Shown here: positions 10,061-21,036 of the stretch, one piece after another
How positions within the stretch are numbered: position 1 is the stretch's first letter
How the letters are laid out: each line of letters opens with the position of its first letter
Origin: Podarcis muralis
Taxonomy: Eukaryota
Assembly (NCBI RefSeq): GCF_964188315.1
Contig: NC_135667.1
Location: forward strand, 24,862,001-24,926,000
DNA: 64,000 nt
Direction: 5' to 3'
Position numbers and translations under genes: made by a program
The notes under the pieces: generated by a model
Seen by the model: only the letters and a program-made list of their open reading frames with translations
What the model was told of the DNA's origin: nothing
Database searches by the model: none

Positions 10061-13000
10061 AGCAGTCCCCAGAAATTTTGCAGCCCACAGACCCCCTCCC
10101 GCCCAAACCAGTGGTGCAGCTCACAGCATCGCTCCAACTACCCAATGGACTCACTATGGAAGTGCCAATTACCATTGACTCTGGTAGTAACACAGACTTT
10201 ATAGGACTGGATTTCATTCAACAGCACAACATAGCACTACTGCCAGCCACGCTGCCCCTGAAGGTTGTCACGGTGGATGGCAGGGAATTGCTGGGGGGGC
10301 AGGTGGTGCAGCAAACGCCTCCGATGGTGATGCAAATTGGGAATCACCGAGAAGTCATCAGCTTCAATGTCACCCAACTGTCGGACACGCCTGTAGTATT
10401 AGGCATGAGTTGGCTGCACAGGCACAGCCCAGCTTTGGCTTGGTACCAGCGCCAACTGACCTTCGGCTCCTCCTACTGTGCGGAACATTGCATTCTGCCT
10501 AGCCCGGAAGGGGAAGAGGATGACCCGCAGCTACAATTAGGCACGCTGCAAGCAGTGCCCCTCAAGTACGCAGCGTTTTTTGGAGTTTTTCTGCGAGAAG
10601 GAAGCAGACAAGCTACCTCCCCACAGGTCCTATGACTGCAAGATTGACCTCCTGCCGGGGGCGATGCTGCCAACTGGGAAACTGTATTCCATGTCTGAAG
10701 ACGAGCTGCAGGAACTCAGGGAGTTCATAGATCACAACTTGAAGCGCGGTTTCATCCGGGAGTCGAAGGCAGTGGGGGGGCAGTCCCGTATTCTTTGTGA
10801 AGAAAAAGGACACGCCCCAAAAAAGGCTGGTGGTGGACTATCGAATTTTGAACTCGAAAACCAAGCCCACAGCCTTTCCCATGCCCAAGATAGACGACCT
10901 GCTCGCGACGGTGAGGAAAGGACGCGTTTTCACCAAGTTGGATCTGCGAGGGGCGTACAACCTGATTCGCATACGGGAGGGCGACGAGTGGAAGACAGCC
11001 ATGTTCACGCCCCTGGGCACCTATGAATACAGAGTTATGCCCTTTGGATTAGAAAATGGCTCCCACTGTTTTCAAGCCTTCATGCATCACGTGTTAGCGG
11101 GTCTCCTCTACAAGAAGTGCGTCTGCTTCCTGGACGACATCCTGATATTTTCAGAATCGCAGGAGACTCACGAGAGAGACGACAAGGAAGTTCTGCAGAG
11201 ACTGCAGGAGCACAGACTGTACGCCAAGCTGGAGAAGTGCCAGTTCGACATGAAGGAGGTAGATTTCCTGGGCTACAAGTTGTCGGACAAGGGGCTCGCC
11301 ATGGACAGCGCCAAGGTTCACTCAGTGTTGGACTGGAAGAGCCCGCGCAATCGGAAGGAGGTCCAGCGGTTTGTCGGCTTTGCCAACTTTTACCGCAAGT
11401 TCATCAAGGGGTTCGCTATGCAGACGGCGGCCATTACCGACACGCTCAGCTCCAAGAAGAAGAAGTTCATCTGGATGGAGCAAGCGGAGCAGTCCTTTCA
11501 GAAACTCAAGCGTCTCTTCTCGTCCGAAGAGCAGCTACTGCATGTGAATCCCAGCAGACCGATGAGGGTTGAAACGGACGCCTCCGACAGGGCCGTGGGA
11601 GCAGTCCTGTTGCAGCAAGACCCGCATGGGGACTGGAGACCGTGCGCCTTCTACTCCAGGAAGCTCAGCAAGTCAGAGCAGAACTACACCATCTGGGACA
11701 GGGAGTTGCTAGCCATTCATGCAGCATTCAAGGCGTGGCGGCACTTCCTTATCGGAGCCAAACACACAGTGCAGGTCCGCACAGACCATAAGAACCTGGA
11801 GTACTGGCGCACGGCAAGGTTCCTGAACCAGAGGCACATACGATGGGCGGAGTTCTTTGCGGACTTCGACTTCAGGATAGAGTACATCCCAGGCGACAAC
11901 AACGTCATGGCGGATGCACTGTCCAGGAAGCCGCAATACCTCGAGGAGGCGGCACCAGCGGCGGCCAAGCACATTTTAGCACCGAAAGCGTGGGCGTGCG
12001 CTTCGGCAACCGTGGACCTGGATGCTGTACGTCGAGCGCTGCAGGAGGACCCCTTCGCACAAGCCAAGATGGAGGAGGTGCACAGGGGCACGGCGAAGGA
12101 CGACGAGTTCCAGATACGCGACGGATTGCTCATCCGCAAAGGGGCCCTCTACGTACTGGGAGACGACCTCCGCGCGAAAGTACTGCAGCAGTTGCATGAC
12201 GCACCCACCGCCGGGCACTTTGGCAAAGAGAAGACTGTATAATTAGTAGCCAGAGATTTTTGGTGGCCCAAGATGCGGGGGGAAGTCGCGGATTACGTCT
12301 CGAGGTGCGACACCTGCCAAAGGGCCAAGTCAGTGCACAAATCGCCGGCGGGACTGCTGGAACCGCTGCAGACACCGCTCGAACCGTGGGAGAGGGTGGC
12401 CCTGGACTTTGTCACGGATCTGCCCAGCTCGAGGGGCAAGACAGCAGTGCTAGTGGTGGTGGACATGTTCACCAAAATGGCCCACTTCATTCCGTGCGCG
12501 AAGGTGGCCACGGCGGAACAGACCGCCAAACTGTTCATAGACCACGTGTTCAGGGTTCACGGTCTACCACGGTCTATCCTGTCCGACCGGGGGCGACAGT
12601 TCATCTCGAACTTCTGGCAGAAGCTGATGGGCTTCCTGAACGTCAATATCAACCTAGCGTCGGCGAGACACCCGCAGACCAACGGACAAGCGGAGCGGGT
12701 CAACGCCATCATGCAGCAGTACCTGAGATGCTACGCAAATCAGCAGCCTGCAACATGGGTGGACTACCTGCCGCTCGCCGAGTTCGCCTACAACAACACG
12801 AAGCACGTGTCCACGGGGGTGACACCGTTCTTCGCCAACAACGGGAGGCATCCCAGAACCTTCCCGGGATTAGAGAGAGTGGGGGAGGGGGAGCCACAGG
12901 CAGCGGAAGCCTTAGCATCAGAGTTGCAGGAGGTCCACGAACAGCTTCGGAGGCAGTTAGAACTAGCAAAGCACGCATACAAACTGCAGGCTGACAGACA

Positions 13001-13900
13001 CAGAAGGGTTGGGGAAGACATACAGGTGGGAGACTGGGTTTGGTTAGCAGCCCAGGCAGTGCCGGCCAGATCGTTAGCGAAGAAGAAGCTCGGACATAAG
13101 CAGCTAGGGCCTTACCAAGTCGAGGCACAGGTCAATCCAGTGGCCTTCCGGTTGACACTTCCGGAAGGATCCAGAATGCACCCAGTTTTCCATAGATCAG
13201 TGCTCACGCCCTACAAAGCACCTCACAGATTTCAGGAGCCAGGCACGGCACCAGACCCGCTCAGGGAGATGCCCACAAGGGGGGGGGTCGCCAAGGGGGG
13301 AACCCATCAACGAGGTCACAGAGATTTTAGACTCGAGATGGGGGGAAGAGGGAGTAGAATATCTCCTCGCCAGAGAAGGTACCCCGGCCAACGCCAACAG
13401 TTGGGTGCCGGACTATGCTTTGGAGGAACCTCTGCTCAAAGACGAGTTTCATGCCCTTTTCCCACACAGACCCATGCCAGCCGAGTATTTCGACGACTGG
13501 CTTTTCACACCCACACTTTCAGCCAGCACATTCCAGGGGTTCGCCTCGGACGAGGAACCGGCACTAGACACACGTTCCCCGGAGGGATCACCCTCGGGGT
13601 CTGCCTCAGACCGCTCTTATTGGTGGGACGATCGACCAGAGGAGCAGTGGTGCAGGAAGTGGCTGGGGGGTCCTTGGCAGGCAACATCCCCAGAGGAGAA
13701 CGGGGGAGAGACGGACATGGACGTGTTGGGGGAGGACGTTGGGTTCGAGCACAGAGGCAAAGAGATGGAAGCAGAGGAGATCGACGTCGGCGAGAGCACG
13801 GAGAACGAGCCGGACTTATCCGGCTGGATGTACGCCACGGGGGACGAACTGTATCCGGCACTCACCCCCACAACGACGGAGCACCCAGTACCCACACCGG

Positions 13901-13943
13901 AAGGAGGGGAGGGGGGAAGGGGGGGCTTCGAGGGGGGGATGGA
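13901..13943 (+). other. Polypurine tract preceding the 3' LTR
   Basis: G/A-rich GGAAGGAGGGGAGGGGGGAAGGGGGGG...GAGGGGGGGATGGA directly before TGTCAG. Confidence 0.7.
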
Positions 13944-14707
13944 TGTCAGGGGCTCAGGAGCAGAGGCACAGGAAAGGGAGGAAATAGAGAGCGAGGGGGA
14001 GGAATCCGAAGGAAATGTTAGCGATGACAGCGGTCCGAGGTCTCTGAGTCTTTCCAGCGAATCGGAAGATTCACAGAAAGGGGCTCCCATGGTCAGAGCA
14101 AGGGGGGTGCCTAGGGGGACACCCCAGGAAGAAGGGGCCAGAGGGGACTCAGAGAGCAGCAGTTGGAAATCAGGACCAGCTTCCCCACCAGAGCGCAGTA
14201 GGGGGGAGGAGTCCCAGGTATCGGGACCAGGAGGCTCACCGCCAGCGGGAGGAGAGGAGTCAGGATTGGCCACGCCTCCATCGGAGAGCGAGGAAACGGT
14301 CAAGAGGAAGGTGGAAGGCTGGGCGCGCGCGCCAAGTTCAAATGTACAGGAGGGCGGCGCAGTTGGCAGCCCGGATAGGGAGCCAGGTCCCAAAGCCCGC
14401 CGAAAGGAGGGGGAGGAGTCAGGGGGGACAGCGTCAGTGTCAGAAGAGTCCAGAAAGGAGGAGACCCCGGGGGGCAGAAGGACCCAGAGGAGAAAGGAGA
14501 GACGGAAGAGGTGGAGTAAGGTTAGAGTCTTAAGCTGGTGTACAGGGGGTGGAGACTCAGATGGAGCTTCGCCGGTCTAGCCTCTAAGACGTAGAGCTGG
14601 GGCGCTGCGGCTTGGAAATGGAAACTGTACTTCAATAAAGACTTTTGTACATTACTACCGGCTAGCGTGGGTCCTCTGTGAGCTGGGACCTGGAGCCAGC
14701 TCTGACA
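13944..14707 (+). repeat. 3' LTR (764 bp)
   Basis: Copy of 8119-8883; followed by TSD TTGAC. Confidence 0.97.
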
Positions 14708-15632
14708 TTGACAGTCCGAGGTCTGAATTTGATATGATCTGGGAGTTACTTTCTGTTAAGAGTCCTACATGTCTATATGATACCATCATACCTTTTGACC
14801 GTCACCTTTGGTTGTAGTGGGATGTTTGTTCATAACCCTGTGCCATCATACATTTTTGTCTCTGTCTCTTTTGTATCTGAGACTGAACATCTTGTGTTAA
14901 GTCAGAGTTAATGTGTTCTGCATGTTGTAGTCTGGACCTGAGTTTTCTATTAAACTAGAGCTTAGCAGGGGATCTTCCTTTATTCGTTTATCTAGTTATG
15001 TGGCCCAGTCATTTTGTAATGCGAAATAAAGATCTGTTTTGAGTCTAAGGGTTTTTCCATAAATGCTTTATAATTTTTACTTTGCTTTCTGCCACCCCAC
15101 TAGTTCAGTGGCATGCAGTGAAATTTCTCATGGAGGAACAGTTAGGGCTAGAAGCACTAGCTTGCAAGGAGCATATATAACCATATGAAGAGTATTATTT
15201 TGCCCTATCTCAGTTCAGTGCATGCACTTGTAGGGACTGGCAATTTTTAAACTATCAGTTCACACATACCACCTCACAGTCAGTCTCACTGCTTATCTCA
15301 CTGTGCTAAAAGCTCTTGGTAATGCAAGAACCACCACTAAATTTCAACCAGGAAATACCATAAATTTAACCTGGAGGAAAAAAATACTTGGAGTGTTCTT
15401 GAGGCCCTTGCTTGCAATGGTGACTAAGGGTTTGTGGTTTGTCCTGCTTATATTGGTCTCCCATATAGAAAGGTGTGAATTGTTTTACATTCAGCACCTC
15501 TTTTTCTATTTGTGACTTGAACGTATTCAAAAACTTGCTGTAGTCATTCATCTGGTTCTGTGATAATACTACCACAAGCAAGGATTTAATATACATCTTA
15601 CTGCTATCAATTCCTTTAAAAATGTGATACAT

Positions 15633-16183
15633 TGTCTTGTTGGTGTAATATGAACAATAGGTTAAATTACAGAGTGCTTGGGCTCATGTCGTCTTAAGGT
15701 GCACATCCACCATGTCTGAATGTTCTGAGATAAGGTTGCCAGGTGCACTTTGTTACCATGGCAACACCAACGAGGTTGAGTATATGACTTACTGAGCCAT
15801 TGCTTCAGGAATTATGTCTACACATAGACAAAGGTATAATAATCTCCAGGGCTTTGCATTCATTATGGTTTTGTTGTGCACTTCCTGTTGCTGTCCTGCT
15901 TGCGTGTCAGGGCCTGAATCTGTGAGAGAAAGGGGAAGAGGTTGTAGGTTTTACAAAGCAGTATTAGCTAGCATGGTGATAGTGTTAGCAGATCTCTATA
16001 CATATATATCTTTGCTTCAAAGTCCAGAAGAACTGTACACATAGTAGTGTTTAAGTCTCTCTTGTGTCTGGAGACAATAAACACTTTGGTACTTTGAACT
16101 GTGTGGAAAAGGAGATTTTCCATTAACTGCAGACTCTGGAAGAAGCTGTTCTGATGGGAGCAGGAAATTTGTGAAGACTCTGC
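15633..16183 (+). mobile_element. Unclassified LTR-like insertion (truncated copies at ~27935-28340 and ~41375-41780)
   Basis: Flanked by 8-bp direct repeat TGATACAT (15625-15632, 16184-16191); internal AATAAA at 16076-16081, GATA and X-box motifs; no clear TIR or terminal CA. Confidence 0.35.
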
Positions 16184-16536
16184 TGATACATGCCACTAGA
16201 TGAGGAGTAGTGAACTACCAACTGACTGCCACAAGGCACCAAAAAGTCTTGTGGTGCACCTTGGAGGCAGATTTAATATGAAATATGTGCATAAACACAA
16301 GCTCTTTATGTGTAATGGTATTTTCCATTTAAATACAATGTTCACCTTGCCTATTCCTTAAAAGAAATAAGGATACCTCTGTTCAATATGAAGTCTTTTG
16401 TGTGGCTCATTGTGTGCCATCGTTCAATAAGTCCCAGAGCATGAAAAGTTTTTAGTCCTAGCAAAAATTCTGTATTTACATAATATTGTAAATGGGATGG
16501 CCTCCATCTGATCTTGAAAGCTGACCCTCAATTCTC

Positions 16537-16921
16537 TGTTGGCATACAACCAAGGAAGTGGGGGCAATTGGGAGGCCCCCAGCTGGCTCCATCCCACCAG
16601 CTGGTGTACTGGACAAACTCCAGTCCTTGGTGCCACATGAATCAGCGACCCGAACTTCAAAAGCTAGGACATGCTCTAATCAGTAGAGATAACGCTACGC
16701 AACAGAAGTATGTGTGAGCATATTTACAAGCAGTTTATTCAGCATAAATCAGGACAAAAGGAAAACATGTCTGATCCCCTTCATGTCCAAAGCAAGCAGC
16801 ATAAGCAATAGCTGTACACAAAATGAAAGTTCCCAGCAAGCTGTGCTGGAGTATAAACAGGCATGTGACATACAACAATTCCACACGTCTGTTCTTAAGG
16901 TGGAATGGAATTATGCCAACA
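16537..16921 (-). mobile_element. Solo LTR, 385 bp (copy 1)
   Basis: 10-bp terminal inverted repeats TGTTGGCATA...TATGCCAACA, TSD TTCTC (one extra T on the right), minus-strand AATAAA; absent from the homologous A-type spacer (~5090). Confidence 0.8.
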
Positions 16922-18327
16922 TTTCTCTGTGTGGAATTACTTCTCCAGTGTAAAACTACGGTCTAATATTTTGTTTCTAAAAGGACTAGGTTTTTGTTTT
17001 GTTTAAGATTCTGATACTTTGTGTCAGTGATCACTGTGTCAGACTCTCTCACTGAAGATAGGAACTGGATAGCATGACCAATTTTCTGTTTAAAAGAGAC
17101 AACTCTCCTTATTAACAACACTGGAGACTTCGGTTTCCTTACACTTAATGTAGGTTCCAGCTTTATGGTTATTCTTCAAAGGCACAACACTTCATTTAAT
17201 ACATGCATATTCATGTAAGGCACAGCATGTCGTTTCAGGCAGACACTCTTTACACTGAACTTTAAAACCCCAGTCAGCACTTTTCTTCAAACTTCTTCTC
17301 AGGATAGACTATTTCCACTTACAATGGGCATTTGTTTAACTGCCCTAGCAACTATATTACAACCCCTTCTAAGACTTTTAATTCCCCTTCAAGGAATCAA
17401 ATTGGTTATCCATGTTTAGCTACAGTAGTTCATAATGTGAATCAGAATAGGTCCTTCTCTCTCCAGGTTGCTGTCTAAATGACAAACAGTGCCTATTTAA
17501 CTGGCATACAATCCCAATTTGTTTGACAGCAAAGTTCTGTATTTTTTTACTCACCAGTTCTTCCAGATTGGTTGATGTTCTAACAAACTCTGACTGCTGC
17601 TGACTCAAGATCTGTCCATTGCAGTCACATTTATCTATGCTGCTATTCCATCACACTTCCATTTGTTTCTAAGGGAATTCCTCTGGTCCCTGTTCTGTTC
17701 TTGTTTCAGGAGTGATGTTAAAATCTACACTGGCGGGTGAGGAGGTGTCTCTCTTTTGTGTTTTCTCCTGAGCTTCCTTTAGATGGCAAAATGTTTTTGC
17801 AAAGAGGTTGTATTATTTTCCATGCATTCTGACACTTCCCTATCACAGGGCAGTGTTTGTGTTTCTGACTGCCTCCAACATGCATGTACTTTTTGCTGAG
17901 ATGTTAATTCAGATATGTGTGCGTGTGACATTCCAGTAAGTCTATGAAATCCAGGCAACGCCAAAAATCATTTCATCTAGGTGCTGTCACTCCTTTGAAA
18001 ACCTGAATACTCTGTTAAAATGGCTCTTTGCATGATGTGGGGTGACAGAGTAGACAGGAAACATGACCTGTTACTATCCATAAACCAGAGGATTAAGTGC
18101 TACTGAGATGTGTTCAGCCTGTTGTAGGCCACTTTGAAAACCATGCAAGTGAACAATGGGGTATAAACTTCAACATACATACATAAATGGATTATCAACA
18201 TGCCATGTAATCTGACAAGCAAAGGAATGCAAGATGACCATGTGACACAGGGCAGATGTTGAGTCTGCATATATGAATTTATCAGGAAGATTTAACTTGA
18301 AAGGATGCTATATTCCAGGAACTCCCT

Positions 18328-19305
18328 TTAATTACACCTTTTCAGAACAAGCCTGGAAAATATATCCAGAGGAGATTTCCTCAAACCCAACAGTTTTGAT
18401 AATGCATTTTTTATCTCCTTATTCCTCATGCTGTAGATTATTGGATTGAACATGGGTGGAACAAGACTATACATCACAGTTAATGCAAAGTCCCCATCAG
18501 ATGGAGTCTTAGAAGGAGGCCTAAGGTAAGCAAAACATGCAATGAAAAAAAATACAGAGAAGACAACAAGGTGAGGTATGCAAGTGGAGAACGCCTTTTT
18601 CCTTCCCTCAACAGAAGGGATTTTTAGAACTGCAGTAAAGATGTGCACATAAGTGACAACAATGAAGACAAAACATCCAGACACAAGTATTATAGTCACC
18701 ACTAAAGCTCCAATTTCCATTAGGTAGAAGTTTGAGCAGGCAAGTGTAAGTAACTGTGGGATCTCACAAAAGAACTGATTGACAATGTTGGAGCAGAAAG
18801 GGGTTGCAAAAGTTGCACTTGTGTGCATGACTGCATTGAGAAAGCCAGAGACCCACACACCAGCAACCATTTGTTTGCAGGCTGCCCTGTTCATCAACAT
18901 TTCATATTGTAATGGATTGCAAATGGCAACATAGCGATCATATGCCATGACTGTAAGAAGGGAAATATCAGATGATAAAAAGAAAACAAATAAAATAACT
19001 TGAGCAACGCATCCAGTGTAAGAAATGTGTCTGGTATTCATGAGAGAATTCACGATGGATTTGGGGATGGTGACTGAAACAGCCCCTAGGTCCTGGATGG
19101 CCAAGTTCATCAGAAAGAAGTACATGGGAGTGTGAAGGTGGTGGTCAAAAGCTATAGCAGAGATGATGAGAAGATTCCCAAATACAGTTGCCAGATACAA
19201 TGCCAGGAACAGAGAGAAGTGTAGAATCTGCAGTTTTCGTATTGCTGAGAACTCCAGGAGCAGAAATTCAGAGACAGAGGATTCATTACTTATTTTCTCC
19301 TTCAT
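18328..19305 (-). CDS. Olfactory receptor OR3 (B-type), intact, 325 aa
   Basis: Full OR motif set; real ATG MKEKISNESS at 19305. Confidence 0.95.
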   Translation of the reverse strand: MKEKISNESSVSEFLLLEFSAIRKLQILHFSLFLALYLATVFGNLLIISAIAFDHHLHTPMYFFLMNLAIQDLGAVSVTIPKSIVNSLMNTRHISYTGCVAQVILFVFFLSSDISLLTVMAYDRYVAICNPLQYEMLMNRAACKQMVAGVWVSGFLNAVMHTSATFATPFCSNIVNQFFCEIPQLLTLACSNFYLMEIGALVVTIILVSGCFVFIVVTYVHIFTAVLKIPSVEGRKKAFSTCIPHLVVFSVFFFIACFAYLRPPSKTPSDGDFALTVMYSLVPPMFNPIIYSMRNKEIKNALSKLLGLRKSPLDIFSRLVLKRCN

Positions 19306-20723
19306 TAATAAAAATCTTCCTGTCACTGGAAGAAAACAGGAAGATATGTATTGGTTTAAGTCCTCTAGTGATAACAAATATTTACTACTTTGGAAGAGGG
19401 TTTTTAGATGTTGAAGGTAAAAGAAAGAAGTGAACAAAAAAGGAGAAACAATTATTTTTTATTCAAATGAGAATTTAGCTATCAATTCCATATAGATATC
19501 ATTATTATTTTTTAAAAAAACTACTACTGTTTCAAAACGAGTGAATTGTGGTGTTCACAAGTTCTTGAAGTTGATTGAATTCTAGAGGAGGAACACAGGA
19601 GTCCTACTGCCATCATTTCCTTACTTGCTTTGTATGTGGAAATATGCTGAGAGCAGATGCACCTTGACAGAATCTCCATATTTACAAAACATATTTTGAT
19701 ATTTTAATCCCTGGTCAAAACTGAAGTAACTCTTAAATATAGGGGGATAACTTGCTGCCTATATGATGCAGATTCAAAATCAAGTTTCTTCTATTAAATT
19801 CCAATGTCCATAACAATCTGGGTCATGAACATGTTAAAAGCTTGATTCCTGATATCCCCATTCACTCAGTGAGTCTTTTGCAAGAGTAACGGATAATACT
19901 TCCATAAGACTCACACACTTGGCTCATACTCACCTGTATTCTGTATTCTAGGCCTAATGTTTAGTACTCCTTCTTAGTTAAGATCACACAAGTTTCAACT
20001 ATTTTTATCTTTGTTATATGTTTTCAACCTTAATGCATGCTGCACACAAACCACATTGTTTTGCATGTAAAATGTATAGGCTTACAACTGCTTTGCGCTT
20101 AGCCAGATATTTTGGCTGCCACATTATGCTAAGCCAAGACAAGGTTCTTCAGCTGCCTCCTCACTCACTTGGAGCGGTAATGAAGTTTTTTTCTTGGTTA
20201 ATATTCATGGTTGGTGAGGAGAGAGCCTAACCACTAGTCTTGGCTTGGATCATAGGCTAAAACAAAACTTGCTGTAGCTTGAGTTGAATGTAAATAGCAT
20301 TATGGAGGAGCAAAGCTACTGTACTCTTCTCTCCATGAGGTTCAACATTTGTGCAGTCTTCCTAAGATAAAATTTGGTTTAGCATGTCACGGAAGCCAGA
20401 TCATTGGGTATTCTACATGAGTCTAAATAAGTTTCAGGAACCACAACAAGCATGTTTCCCCATTCTACACAATACACCACAGAAGTATTGTCTGCGTTTA
20501 GTCCTCTGAAAACTACCCAGGTATCACAAAAGTTATAAACATATACCGGTAAATATCTTACTCTTTTCCTTAATAGAAAGTAGATTTCCAGATGCAATTT
20601 CTTCATCACTTTATTTTCATCTGTATTTTAGAAAATCACCCCATCCTTTTGTTCTGTAACATTGAACATATGGGTATACTCTTGCAGAATGAAGCTTTTA
20701 ACATGGAGTGGAAAATTATAACC

Positions 20724-20726
<3 letters not shown>

Positions 20727-20788
<62 letters not shown>
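20727..20788. repeat. (CT)n(AT)n microsatellite
   Basis: Directly visible; paralogous tracts at 34139-34222 and 50609-50697. Confidence 0.95.
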
Positions 20789-21036
20789 CTAATGCACTCC
20801 TCAGAGTTTGGTCTCAAGAGCCCAACACAAATTAGCCATTGTGTCTCTGGAAACTTGGACTCAGGAGTTCCACTAAAATAAAAGCAGTGTTTCTAAAGAC
20901 TTAGCCCCAGGAGTCTAACACAAATAATCAAGGTATGTAAAAAACAAAACAAAACTTCCAGTTTCTAAACAGCACACTTTCTAATATTTAAAATAATAAT
21001 ATTGCTACATAAGTCTGTCTGGAACCTTCTGGTTTC

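Larger units (their letters stand above)
10000..14580 (+). pseudogene. pol: Pol (PR-RT-RNaseH-IN-chromodomain-acidic tail), interrupted by three +1 frameshifts and one in-frame stop
   Basis: IDSGS protease, FLDD RT, TDASD/ELLAI/TDHKNL RNase H, HHCC + DFVTD/SDRG/AERVN integrase, GPY motif; shifts near 10576-10590, 10774-10780 and 13279-13287; TAA at 12240-12242. Confidence 0.92.
8119..14707 (+). mobile_element. Full-length Ty3/Gypsy LTR retrotransposon, Tf1/sushi (chromovirus) type, 6589 bp
   Basis: Near-identical LTRs with TGTCAG...CTGACA ends, 5-bp TSD TTGAC (8114-8118, 14708-14712), gag-PR-RT-RH-IN-chromodomain order, empty sites in paralogous units (~27006, ~40444). Confidence 0.97.

Noticed and set aside
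13288-14021. C-terminal part of ORF 12273-14021 as real protein
   Set aside because: It is out-of-frame read-through after the G9 frameshift.
13405-14580. The 391-aa ORF as a separate env gene
   Set aside because: GTG start, no signal peptide or transmembrane helix, and in frame with the chromodomain; better read as the pol tail.
15814-16044. Short ORFs recurring in each unit (MSTHRQRY..., MKFGPLIH..., MNRDATLL...) as conserved microproteins
   Set aside because: Recurrence reflects recent segmental duplication; lengths and frames vary, and many are OR-antisense or lie in LTRs.
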